Notes: a model not told the origin generated them from the sequence alone. Shown: positions 47,517 through 57,094, counted from the stretch's first letter. The stretch is DNA of 64,000 nucleotides from Candidatus Tectimicrobiota bacterium (GCA_016192455.1 JACPUC010000028.1:1-64000); one strand, 5' to 3'. Numbers and translations: made by a program.

Positions 47517-49601
47517 ATGAAGGTTCAACGGGTGGCGTTGCGCAATGTGGGACTCCTGGGCGATACGGGAAGCGGCAAGACCTCTCTGGCGGAGGCTCTC
47601 TTGTTCAGCGCCGGAGCGATCGAGCGCTTGGGGTCCGTGCTGGACGGCACCACCACCATGGACTTCGATGCCGATGAACAGAAACGTTCACGATCCCTAA
47701 GCTCCGCGCTTGCAACCCTCTCCTGGAAGAAGACCAAGATCAACCTCATCGATACCCCGGGCGCTGGCAACTTCGTGGCCGACGCCTTCGCCTGTTTGCG
47801 GGTGCTGGACGCCGCCATCTTCGTCATCCATGCGGGATCAGGCGTGCGCGTGCAGACGCAACGGCTCTGGCAGGCGTGCAAAGAGCTGGGTGTGGTTCGT
47901 CTGGTTTACATCAATGCCATGGATGCGGAGCGCGCAGACTTCGACCAAATCATGAATGATCTTACTGCAACTATTGAAGATAACTCAATTATTCCATTTC
48001 ACCTCCCACTCGGCAAGGGGCCTGCGTTTGCTGGTGTAGTGGACGTGGTGCGGCAGCGCGGGCTGAGCTTTCAGGCCGGCGGGCGAGGCGAGGTGAAACC
48101 CTGTGAGGTGCCTGAGGCGCTCGCCGACAGCCTCGCGGCGACGCGCGAGCGGCTTACCGAAGCAGTGGCCGAGGCGGACGACGCACTGCTGGAAAAGTAC
48201 CTCGAGGCGGGGACCTTAAATGACGACGAGCTGGTGGAAAGCCTGCGGGCGGCGGTACGCCAGGGGAGCGTGACGCCGGTGGTGTGTGGCGTCGCCACGC
48301 AGTGCCTGGGGGCGCAAGCACTGCTCGACCTCATCCTCGACTATCTCCCCGCCCCCAACGAGCGGCCTCCGCTGCGCGGCGCCGCCCCGGGCAACGGCGC
48401 GGAGGTGCTGCGCCAGCCCATCGACGAGGCTCCCTTCTCAGCCCTCGTCTTCAAGACGATGGCCGACCCTTACTCCGGCAAGCTGACGCTCTTCCGCGTC
48501 ATGTCCGGCATCCTCACTCCGGACAAGGTCGTCTTGAACGCTAACACGGGCGAGAAGGAACGCCTCGGCCAGCTCAATAACCTGCTCGGCAAGAACCAGC
48601 TCACCGTGACGCAGGTCAGCGCCGGAGACCTCGCGGTGGTGGCGAAGCTGAAGAGCACCACCACCGGGCACACGCTCTGCGATGAGAAAGAGCCCATCCT
48701 CTACCCCGTCATCGAATTCCCCAAACCGGTCATCAGCATTGCCGTGGTGCCGAAATCGAAGGGCGACGAGGAGAAGGTGAGCAGCGGCCTGCGCCGCCTC
48801 AGCGAGGAGGACCTCACCCTGCAGTTCTCCGTTGATCACGAGAGCAAGCAGCTCGTCATCTCCGGCATGGGGGAGGACCACCTGGACGTCGTCATCGACC
48901 GCTTGAAGCGCAAGTTCGGGGTGGAGGTGGAAGCGGAGGAGATGCAGGTGCCGTACCGCGAAACCATCCGCTCCAGCGTCAAGGTGCAGGGACGGCACAA
49001 GAAGCAGTCGGGCGGCCGCGGCCAGTTCGGCGATACCTGGCTGGAGATCGAACCGCGCGAGCGCGGCAGCGGTTTCGAGTTCGTCGACAAGATCGTCGGC
49101 GGGGCCATCCCGCGCCAGTACATCCCGTCGGTGGAGAAGGGCATCGTGGAGGCCATGAAGCGCGGCTCCCTGGCGGGGTTTCCGGTGGTGGACCTGACGG
49201 TCACCCTCTACGACGGCTCGTACCACTCCGTCGACTCGTCGGACATGGCCTTCCAGATCGCCGGCTCCATCGGCTTCAAGAAGGGAGTTGAGCAGGCAGA
49301 CCCCGTGCTGCTCGAGCCCATCGTCAACATGGAGGTGTTCGTTCCCGAAGACGCCATGGGGGACGTGATCGGTGATTTGAATGCGAAGCGCGGCAAGGTC
49401 TTAGGCATGGACTCGCGCGGCAAGCTGCAAGTGATCCGGGCCCAGGTGCCGCTGGCCGAGGTCTTGAAGTATGCCACGGTGCTGAAGTCCATGACCGGTG
49501 ATCGGGGCTCCTTCAGCATGGAGTTCTCTCACTACGAGATGCTGCCGCCGCACCTCTCCGAAAAGGTGATCGCCACCAGCAAGAAGCGGGGAGAGGCCTG
49601 A
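47517..49601 (+). CDS. fusA: Elongation factor G paralog (EF-G2-like)
   Basis: Full EF-G architecture (HKKQSGGRGQFG, GSYHSVDSS, LLEPI); outside the str operon; divergent G motifs. Confidence 0.92.
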   Translation: MKVQRVALRNVGLLGDTGSGKTSLAEALLFSAGAIERLGSVLDGTTTMDFDADEQKRSRSLSSALATLSWKKTKINLIDTPGAGNFVADAFACLRVLDAAIFVIHAGSGVRVQTQRLWQACKELGVVRLVYINAMDAERADFDQIMNDLTATIEDNSIIPFHLPLGKGPAFAGVVDVVRQRGLSFQAGGRGEVKPCEVPEALADSLAATRERLTEAVAEADDALLEKYLEAGTLNDDELVESLRAAVRQGSVTPVVCGVATQCLGAQALLDLILDYLPAPNERPPLRGAAPGNGAEVLRQPIDEAPFSALVFKTMADPYSGKLTLFRVMSGILTPDKVVLNANTGEKERLGQLNNLLGKNQLTVTQVSAGDLAVVAKLKSTTTGHTLCDEKEPILYPVIEFPKPVISIAVVPKSKGDEEKVSSGLRRLSEEDLTLQFSVDHESKQLVISGMGEDHLDVVIDRLKRKFGVEVEAEEMQVPYRETIRSSVKVQGRHKKQSGGRGQFGDTWLEIEPRERGSGFEFVDKIVGGAIPRQYIPSVEKGIVEAMKRGSLAGFPVVDLTVTLYDGSYHSVDSSDMAFQIAGSIGFKKGVEQADPVLLEPIVNMEVFVPEDAMGDVIGDLNAKRGKVLGMDSRGKLQVIRAQVPLAEVLKYATVLKSMTGDRGSFSMEFSHYEMLPPHLSEKVIATSKKRGEA

Positions 49602-49709
49602 GGGAGCGCCGGGGAGTCTTGTGCCGCGCGCCGCGGCGCCGCCGCGTGGATGGTGGTTGGCGCAAGCATCGCCACCGCCAGCGGGCAGACGTGGAGAGGC
49701 GAGAGCAGC

Positions 49710-50018
49710 GTGATTAAAGCCGATCTCGTAGACACCGTGTACCAAAAGGTAGGTCTGTCACGAAACGAGGCTGCCCATATCGTCGAGGTCATCTTCTCGG
49801 TTATGAAGGAAGCGCTGCGCAACGGTGAGGATGTGCAGGTTGTCGGTTTCGGCAACTTTAAGATTCGCCAGAAGAGGACGCGCGTCGGGCGGAATCCCAA
49901 GACCGGCGAGGAGATCATGATCACCTCGCGCAAGGTGCTCACCTTCAAACCCAGCAGAAACCTGCGCGACATTGCGAACGGCAAGGTTGGCAGGCCCCAT
50001 GAGGCGCCGCTGGCCTGA
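49710..50018 (+). CDS. ihfA: Integration host factor subunit alpha
   Basis: KADLVD, GFGNF, GRNPKTGEEI.I..RKVLTFKPS; followed by a MerR-family gene. Confidence 0.9.
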   Translation: MIKADLVDTVYQKVGLSRNEAAHIVEVIFSVMKEALRNGEDVQVVGFGNFKIRQKRTRVGRNPKTGEEIMITSRKVLTFKPSRNLRDIANGKVGRPHEAPLA

Positions 50019-50168
50019 ACGCGCGGCGGCGTCGGCCGTTGCAACCATGCGGGTGGGTAACGGTTGACAGAACCGAGGGGAGCTGACGTTCAGTGGTGAG
50101 GGTGCGGCCTCGGCGTCGCCCCGGACGACCAGTGCGGCAGGCTGCCGTGCCGCTGGATGCCAGGAAAC

Positions 50169-50522
50169 ATGGCTAGTACTATCCCGGATAAGATGTTCTT
50201 CAAGATCGGCGAAGTCGCTGACATCACCGGCATCAAGCCCCATGTGCTGCGCTACTGGGAGTCCGAGTTCAAGCTCCTGAAGCCGGCGAAGAATAAGTCG
50301 GGGCAACGCATCTACCGCCGTCGCGATGTCGAGGTTGTGCAGCAGATCAAGCAGCTTCTCTACGAGGAGTCGTATACCATCGCAGGGGCGAAGAAGAAGA
50401 TCGCGCGGCGCTTCGGCGAGGAAGTTGAGAATGGCAATGGCGCCGACCTCGCCGTGGCTCGTCGCGTTTTCCAGGAGGTGCGAGGAGAGCTAATGGAAAT
50501 TCTAAGTATTTTAAAGAATTAG
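50169..50522 (+). CDS. MerR-family transcriptional regulator (ihfA-associated)
   Basis: [29 protein letters not shown]. Confidence 0.92.
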   Translation: MASTIPDKMFFKIGEVADITGIKPHVLRYWESEFKLLKPAKNKSGQRIYRRRDVEVVQQIKQLLYEESYTIAGAKKKIARRFGEEVENGNGADLAVARRVFQEVRGELMEILSILKN

Positions 50523-50599
50523 GAGAGTAAACTTAAGAAGTTCCTTTATAATTGTTCCGCATCCGCAGCCAGTATCGAGAGGTTCGCTCTCCGCTCCCC

Positions 50600-51421
50600 T
50601 CAGGGCCGCCCTCCGTCGCCCCCCGTAAGCTGGTGGCCCAGGTAGAACGTCCGCAGCTCAGCTTCCCAAGCGCGACTGCCGGAAGCCTCCCATTGGAACG
50701 GCAGATCGACGATCTCCCCCGCTTGGGTGATGCCGGGCGCGGCTTCGAGCGCGGCCCGCAGAATGCGCCGTTGCTCATCCGCCTCTCCAGGTCTCCCCAC
50801 CGTATGCCCCATGGGGAAATCAAGGAAGGCAGCACGAGGCATCCGTACCAATGCCGCGATGTCCCGCGCCAGCACCAGGCAAATGGTGGGAATCCCCCGC
50901 TCCTCGATGCCGCGCGCAACCAGACCCACGGTCTGGTGGCAGACGGGTCAAAGCGGCAGGAGGAGCACCAGGTCAGTGTGCTGCGCGGCGAGCTGCTTGG
51001 CGAGCTCTGGCGTGACGAGCTGCAGCAGCTTTGTGCGCTGGTAAAACTGCCCGGTGATGGAGAAGTGCCAGGGCGCAACCTCGCCGATCACCCCCTGAGT
51101 TTCCAGCTCGAGCAGGCGCGTCAAGGGGAAGATGCAGTTGATGTCCCGCTCGCCAACATAGCGCACCGGCGCCGTATGCGCAAAGGTCAGCTCCTGCGGC
51201 GGGACCTGCCGAGGCAGGCGCACGACTCTGGGGTCGTTCTTGCTTTGCAGCGGCGTCTCACCGTTGCAGTAGATGGCCGCGGTGCTGATCATCGCCACGC
51301 GACACTCGGCCAGCGGTTTCGTGAGCGCGGCCCAGGGAGCCTCGTCGTGCACCGACCAGGCATAGGGGCCATAGGTCTTCGTGAAGAGCTCATCCACGAG
51401 TTGCAGGTAGTTGAACGGCAC
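50600..51421 (-). CDS. PrdB/GrdB-like reductase selenoprotein B (Sec at UGA 50948-50950)
   Basis: Two in-frame ORFs joined by TGA: LLLPL-U-PVCHQTVGLVARGIEERGIPT; N-half KPLAECRVAMISTA and DINCIFPL; SECIS-like hairpin downstream. Confidence 0.88.
50919..50937 (-). promoter_or_regulatory. Bacterial SECIS-like hairpin
   Basis: ACCAGACC-GTG-GGTCTGGT, starting after a 10-nt spacer 3' of the UGA. Confidence 0.7.
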
Positions 51422-51707
51422 GGCGCGACATCCCCTGAGGTGAATGGAGTCCTCGGCGCTCTCCTTTCCGCTGACCAGAACGGCCTGGTCGAGAGTAGCC
51501 GGGGGTCGTATGGTAGCTCCCTTCCGGCAGCTTGCCAAGCGAAGTTCGCATCGTCGTCTTGCCCTACCTGGCGCCTATCGCTATGATCAGGGTGCGGATG
51601 GACACCTGCCCGGAACCGCGCCGACCGCGGAGTTCCTTCTCCTTCCCATTCCCTCGGCGCGACGCGCCGGTCGTAGGCGAGCGTCAGGGCTTTGAGGCGC
51701 AGTACGG

Positions 51708-52145
51708 ATGAGCTCCACCGTCATGCTGTTCGTGCAGGGGTTCCATCTGCTCGCCGCCATGGTGGTGGTGGGCGGCGTCATCTTCCTGCGCGCTCTGCTC
51801 ATTCCAGCAACACGGCGGCTCGAGGCGCCCGCGGGAGATGTTCTCTTGCAACGCGTCCATCGTCGCTTCCGCATCCTCCTCTGGGTTGCCATGCCCGTGC
51901 TTTTCGCCAGCGGCGTGTTCAACATGCTCGACAAGGCATTCAAGGGGATTCAGGCGCCGAGTTACATCGGGACCTTGGGTGTGAAGATCATGCTCGCTCT
52001 CCTCGTCTTCAGCATCCTCCTGCTGCTGACGCTGCCGGTCAGAAGCTTCGCACCCTTCCAGGCGCAGCGAGATCGCTGGCTCGTCATCTCCATCATCCTC
52101 GCGGTTCTCGTCGTCGGCCTGGCCGGTTACCTGCGGTTGATGTAG
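51708..52145 (+). CDS. Four-TM membrane protein, CopD/DUF4149-like
   Basis: FHLLAAMVVVGGVIF, LFASGVFN, LGVKIML; four hydrophobic segments. Confidence 0.7.
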   Translation: MSSTVMLFVQGFHLLAAMVVVGGVIFLRALLIPATRRLEAPAGDVLLQRVHRRFRILLWVAMPVLFASGVFNMLDKAFKGIQAPSYIGTLGVKIMLALLVFSILLLLTLPVRSFAPFQAQRDRWLVISIILAVLVVGLAGYLRLM

Positions 52146-52450
52146 GGCGCTCCCCGCCTACCCCGTTCGCCTTACCTTCCTGCCTCGGCGCCGCTTCACC
52201 TTGCCGGCCTGGCGCCGGGCGTGGCGGGGGTGGCATCCGGCGATTCCGCACCACGCTTCCTCGCCAGACTCGGGTTATTGCTCCAACGTAACAGGCGGCG
52301 CCTGAGAGAACTGCGGAGGCGGGAATAAGGTGCTGCGCATCAGTGTTATAGAACATCGGATTGGCTGCAGCACCGGCAAACCCTGAACCCCACAGCCAGG
52401 CATGGCGCCAAAATTTCGGCATAGGGTCGAATCGAGGAGGAAAACGTATC

Positions 52451-53137
52451 ATGAGATCGAAGCGAACCATCTCCGCACTCCTGACATTGATCGCGCTGCT
52501 GCTGGTGGTGTCCCAGCCTGGCACAGCCGAGATGTTGTCGCCCCAGGCCACGCGGCAGGCTGAGAGGGTGCCGGTTGTTGCCATGCAGCCTGGTGCCACG
52601 CCAGCGCTGCAGGTAGCCCAAGGCATGAACCCCTGCGCCGCAAAAGCCAACCCTTGCGCCGCGAAGGCAAACCCCTGCGCCGCAAAAGCGAACCCCTGTG
52701 GGGCGGCGGCGAACCCCTGCGCCGCGAAGAGCGGTGGTCCCACGCCGATCCGCGCCGACTCCATTCGTGACCATGGCAAGCTCGTCGCCATGGGGAAGGA
52801 CTTGTGGAATGATCGCAAGCTCGGCACCTCCGGCCTTACCTGCATGAACTGCCACGTGAACCATGCGCTGCTCAACCTCGACATGACGAAAGGCCGCTTC
52901 CCCCACTTCGTGAAGATGCCGAACGACATCGTGACGCTCGATCAGATGATCAACTTCTGCATGGTGAACCCCATGAAAGCCAAGCCTCTCGAGGCCAACA
53001 GCATCACCATGACCGCCATTGCGGCCTATTTCAACCAGCTCGTCGATGAGTACAACGCGAAGCCTGCCGCAGCCCCGGGCGCCAGCAAGGGCAAGGCGAA
53101 AACGAGCGGACCAGCCAACCCCTGCGCAGCCAAATAA
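52451..53137 (+). CDS. Exported monoheme c-type cytochrome with NPCAAK repeats
   Basis: GAGGAGG RBS, signal peptide, 5 tandem NPC repeats plus 1 C-terminal copy, CMNCH, TLDQMINFCM. Confidence 0.85.
   Translation: MRSKRTISALLTLIALLLVVSQPGTAEMLSPQATRQAERVPVVAMQPGATPALQVAQGMNPCAAKANPCAAKANPCAAKANPCGAAANPCAAKSGGPTPIRADSIRDHGKLVAMGKDLWNDRKLGTSGLTCMNCHVNHALLNLDMTKGRFPHFVKMPNDIVTLDQMINFCMVNPMKAKPLEANSITMTAIAAYFNQLVDEYNAKPAAAPGASKGKAKTSGPANPCAAK
52628..52729 (+). repeat. Coding tandem repeat, 21-nt period (NPCAAKA)
   Basis: AACCCCTGCGCCGCAAAAGCC and synonymous variants, five copies. Confidence 0.9.
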
Positions 53138-53682
53138 CAGCCTGCGAAGCCGCACCTTTGGTGGGGGGCCTCGCCCCCCACCCTTTGCGCCCGCATCCCT
53201 CCTCTCACTCTCGTGGGTCAGACGCTTCGGGTTCACCCTGCCATCGTGGCGACAGATTCCCCGCCGCCGCACCGGGCCCGGTTCAGCCCACGCCTCCTTT
53301 TCCAGCGCCGCGCAGTCTGCCACGGCTGCTCCGCTCGGGTGCGCTCCCATTGACTGCATGCAGGACTTGCCGGCCTGGCTGCGTGCGACGCGCGGACAGG
53401 CGTGAGCTGCCCTGCCGCGAGGTTGCGCCGCACCCTGGCGGTGCTCGGGGTGTTGGCCTTGGCTGGCTCGCGGTAGCTGCGGCGGCGGCTGTCGGCGCCC
53501 GCTGTCGGGGTGGCCAGCGCGATGAGGGCGATCGTCCGCCGCGGCCAGCCGCCAGCCGGGCCGACACTCCTCCCGTTCTCCATCTTCAACCGCCAGCTCC
53601 GCTTGCGCACGTCGTCTCCCGAGTCGCGCGCCACCTCGACACCCATGGGCACCACCTCTCGCGGCCCCGCCCCACAAGGTTC

Positions 53683-53711
53683 TTGACGCTTCCTGGCTAT
53701 TGGCACATAGT
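53683..53711 (+). promoter_or_regulatory. Putative sigma70 promoter
   Basis: TTGACG-17 nt-CATAGT. Confidence 0.5.
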
Positions 53712-53717
53712 GGCCAT

Positions 53718-53792
53718 GTTGACGCAGTACCGTCTCCAGCGGTACAAGAGCCCTGTTGGCGGAGGTGTGACACATCTCGGTGCTGCGTCAGC
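53718..53792 (+). ncRNA. Candidate structured 5' leader
   Basis: 15-bp stem GTTGACGCAGTACCG/CGGTGCTGCGTCAGC (two G-U pairs) starting at the predicted +1. Confidence 0.35.
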
Positions 53793-53920
53793 TTGCCGAG
53801 GGGTGGTCAGTGTGTCCCTCGCGGTCGAGATAGAGTAGCGGACTTTGAACCCGCTGGACGGACGGGTCATCCCGGAGACCGGGCTTGGTCTCGCATTCTA
53901 CGAGGTGAGGGGGGTAGACG

Positions 53921-54934
53921 ATGAAGGCTATCGTCCAGGATGGCGCGAGGAAGAGACTTTTCAGAACGTTCATCGTTGTAGCTCTGTTTACAGTGTTCCT
54001 GGCGTCTCAGGTTGGCGCCGTGGACAAGGTGAAAGTCGCATATCTCCCTGCTCTTTCCTTCTCGCCGTTGTTCCTTGCCATCGAAAAAGGTTTCCTGAAA
54101 GAGCAAGGAATCGAGGCGGAAATGCTCGACATGGGCGGTGGCCAGCAAATGATGCTCGCCCTGGCGGCAGGCGAGATTCAAGTCGCTTCCGCCGCGGCGA
54201 CCGCTGGATTCTACAACCTCATTGCCAAAGCCACCGACCTCAGGATTGTTGCGGATAAAGGGCAAATAAGTAAGCAGGAGAACTTCGTTCCAGTCGTCGT
54301 CAGAAAGGAGTTGTATGATTCCGGCGAGGTGCGCACGCCGAAAGACCTCATGAAGTTGAAGATCGCGCAGTTCAACAAGGCATCAATCAGTGAATTCGTA
54401 CTTTGGAAGCTCATCGAACCGTATGGGAAGCGCTATCAGGATCTGAATCTCGTCTACCTCTTTCCTCCCCAGCAATACACCGCATTGAAAACAGGCGCGG
54501 TCCAGGCCGCCGTTACCGTTGAACCATGGGGATCGCGCATGGAGGCGGAAGGATTCGGAAAGATCCTCGAGCGTGGAACTTCGTGGCTTACGCGACCGGT
54601 CTTCCAGATCGCCGTGATCATGTATTCCGGCAAGTTCATCGGCTCCTCCCCGCAAGTGGCGCAACGCATGATGAACGCCTACGTTCGGGGCTTGAAGTAC
54701 CACAATGCGAAAGGCTACGGCGACGCGGACGTGCAGATGGCTGTGAGCAAATGGACCAAGGTCGCCCCTGACGTCATCGGCAAAGCAATCCCCACGGTGT
54801 TCTCGAAAGACGGCCGCGTGGACGTGCCATCGTTGGATGAGCAACAGCGCTGGTTCCTCGCCATGGGCTATCTGAAAGAGCTGCTCCCCACTGAGAAATG
54901 GGTCGACATGAGCTTCGTCGACAAGGCGCAATGA
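53921..54934 (+). CDS. ABC transporter substrate-binding protein (SsuA/NMT1-THI5-like)
   Basis: Signal peptide, KVKVAYLPALSFSPLFLAIEKGFLKEQGIE, VEPW. Confidence 0.88.
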   Translation: MKAIVQDGARKRLFRTFIVVALFTVFLASQVGAVDKVKVAYLPALSFSPLFLAIEKGFLKEQGIEAEMLDMGGGQQMMLALAAGEIQVASAAATAGFYNLIAKATDLRIVADKGQISKQENFVPVVVRKELYDSGEVRTPKDLMKLKIAQFNKASISEFVLWKLIEPYGKRYQDLNLVYLFPPQQYTALKTGAVQAAVTVEPWGSRMEAEGFGKILERGTSWLTRPVFQIAVIMYSGKFIGSSPQVAQRMMNAYVRGLKYHNAKGYGDADVQMAVSKWTKVAPDVIGKAIPTVFSKDGRVDVPSLDEQQRWFLAMGYLKELLPTEKWVDMSFVDKAQ

Positions 54935-55248
54935 GCGCTGGCGAGCCCCCCGGCATGCGGCGTCCTGTCGGCAACCATGTTGCCTGGAGGGCGATCCGCA
55001 GGTCAGCCGCGGTTCGCAACCCCGGGGTGGAGGAAGACCACTGGCGTTCTCCTCCACCAGCAGGAGTGGCCTTCGAAACCACTCGCGGGTGATGACGCAA
55101 GAGAGCGGGCCGTGCGTGCTGCAAGAGGTGGTCGCCGCGCACCTGATCGCCACTCGGAGCACACATGGCGACCCGAGCGGAACGTCGGCCTATGAAACGG
55201 GGTGAAAAGGCAAACCCACGGCACCTCAAGAGACAAGGTGAAAAAATC

Positions 55249-55908
55249 ATGAGTATCGCGCTCGATCCAGCCAAGACCGGTCTGTTGCTGGTGGATTATC
55301 AAAACGGCTTCCTGAGTCCGGAGGGAAGACTAGCTCAAGAAGGCGAAAACGTCGAACTCATGCGCGCGATCATCGAACCAACCAAACGGCTTCTCGAGGA
55401 CTGCCGGCAGGCGGGGATCGTCGATTTCTGGTCCATCCAGGAACATTACGCTGAAGACAAGGCGCGCGAGAAGCATAAGGTAACCCCGCACCTGAAGAAA
55501 CGCAAGGCTCCTCCTTGCCTGCACGGCACCTGGGAGACGAAGATCATCGATGAACTGCAAGGTTATCTCAGCGATTCGAGCCAGGTCTTTGTAAAGAACA
55601 AGTGGAGCTGTTTCTTTAACACCAACCTGGAATTTCTCCTTCGCCGCTTAGATATTGACACCCTGCTGGTTTGCGGCGTTTCCACCTGCATCTGTGTTGA
55701 GACGACGGTGCGCGACGCCTACATGCGCGACTACGACGTCATCCTGGTGGAAGAGTGCACCAGCCACTACGATCCTGAAGCCCACCGCGCCACCCTGAAG
55801 TTCATCAACCGCTTCGCCGGCATGACGGCGACCGTGGAGGATGTTCGCCGGATGCTGGCGCGCCACCCCCAGGAGGTGCTGGCCCCTGCCTCGTCGGCAC
55901 GGTGCTGA
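55249..55908 (+). CDS. Isochorismatase-family cysteine hydrolase
   Basis: LLVDYQNGF, K.KWSCFFNT.LE..LR, GVSTCICVETTVRDA. Confidence 0.9.
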   Translation: MSIALDPAKTGLLLVDYQNGFLSPEGRLAQEGENVELMRAIIEPTKRLLEDCRQAGIVDFWSIQEHYAEDKAREKHKVTPHLKKRKAPPCLHGTWETKIIDELQGYLSDSSQVFVKNKWSCFFNTNLEFLLRRLDIDTLLVCGVSTCICVETTVRDAYMRDYDVILVEECTSHYDPEAHRATLKFINRFAGMTATVEDVRRMLARHPQEVLAPASSARC

Positions 55909-56080
55909 GGAACGGTGGTGGCGCTTCTCGCGTCGGCGTCGGCGGGGGATATGGAGAAGGAGCACGCCGCGAACGAGAGCGGCGCCACCGCATTTCACGG
56001 CTTCCCCGTCGAGAAGCTCCCCAGCAACAAGCGAAGGTTTCATTCTTACCCCTGGCCGTAGGGTGAGGAGAGCGCTCGGC

Positions 56081-57094
56081 ATGCTCTCGTGGAGGCGTCT
56101 GCGGCGATTGTTGCTGCCCAGCTCTCCGCCGCGTCGCCGGTGGGTGGCGACGCTCCTCCTCGCCTTCATCGCCACCGTCGGCTGGTCTACCGCCGCGAGC
56201 GCGGCGCAGGCTGCCGCACCCACCCCGCCAGCTCCTGCAGCTCAGGAACCGATGGTGGTCATCCCGGCCGGCCCCTTCATCATGGGGAGCACACGGTCCG
56301 AGCGCGACTACGGCTATCGCCTCGATGAGACACTCCACAACAGCGCGACGGCCCGCACCTATGGCTGGTTCGAAACAGAAACACGTCAAACTGTAGAGCT
56401 GCCAACCTACTCTATCGACCGCCTGCTCGTCACCAACGAGCAGTACCAGCGCTTCGTCACAGGTGCGGCTCACCCCGCCCCCTTTGTCGATGAAGCAACC
56501 TGGAAGAGCTACGGCCTCATCCACCCGTACAAGACCGCGCAGCGGTTCCTCTGGCAGGAGACCTCCTTCCCCGTTGATCGCGGCAAGCACCCCGTGGTCC
56601 TCGTCAGCCATGCCGATGCCGCGGCCTTCTGCGCCTGGCGCGGCAAGCGGGAGGCCCGGCCCTTGCGCCTGCCAACCGAGGCGGAGTGGGAGAAGGCGGC
56701 GCGCGGCACGGACGGCCGCGCCTTCCCGTGGGGAAACGAGTTTGACCCAACGCGGCTGAACAGCTTCGACCGGGGACCTTACGACACATTGCCGGTAGGA
56801 AGCTACCCGCGCGGGGTAAGCCCATACGGGGTGCACGATATGGCGGGGATGGTCTTCGAGTGGACGGCGACCGCCGGCGCGAGGCCGGGGACATTCATGG
56901 TGAAGGGAGGATCGTGGGATGACCTGCCCGGCGTCACGCGGAGCGCCGCCCGCCACGATCGCCCGGCGGCCCTCAAGCACGTCCTGATCGGCTTCCGCTG
57001 CGCCGCCGAGGGCGCGGTGCGCGGCGCCCTGCCCAGCACCGCGACCGGCACGCCTGCCGGCGGCCCGCAGCCTCCGCCCTTGCCGCTACGTTAG
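56081..57094 (+). CDS. Exported FGE-sulfatase (SUMF1/EgtB/PvdO) domain protein
   Basis: IPAGPFIMGS, VTNEQY, HPVV.VS..DA.AFC.W, RLPTEAEWEKAARG, KGGSW, IGFRCA. Confidence 0.9.
   Translation: MLSWRRLRRLLLPSSPPRRRWVATLLLAFIATVGWSTAASAAQAAAPTPPAPAAQEPMVVIPAGPFIMGSTRSERDYGYRLDETLHNSATARTYGWFETETRQTVELPTYSIDRLLVTNEQYQRFVTGAAHPAPFVDEATWKSYGLIHPYKTAQRFLWQETSFPVDRGKHPVVLVSHADAAAFCAWRGKREARPLRLPTEAEWEKAARGTDGRAFPWGNEFDPTRLNSFDRGPYDTLPVGSYPRGVSPYGVHDMAGMVFEWTATAGARPGTFMVKGGSWDDLPGVTRSAARHDRPAALKHVLIGFRCAAEGAVRGALPSTATGTPAGGPQPPPLPLR

Noticed and set aside
50523-50599. tRNA-Pro expected after ihfA-merR
   Set aside because: Only a short GAGAG-GTTCG-CTCTC hairpin; no cloverleaf, anticodon arm or CCA end
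52628-52729. CRISPR-like array
   Set aside because: 21-nt in-frame coding repeats with no unique spacers and no cas genes
53701-53716. Sigma54 promoter TGGCAC...
   Set aside because: The GG-to-GC spacing is 9 nt, not the required 10
55190-55248. c-di-GMP-I riboswitch (GGCAAACC)
   Set aside because: No GAAA-capped second stem or GCAAAGC segment follows
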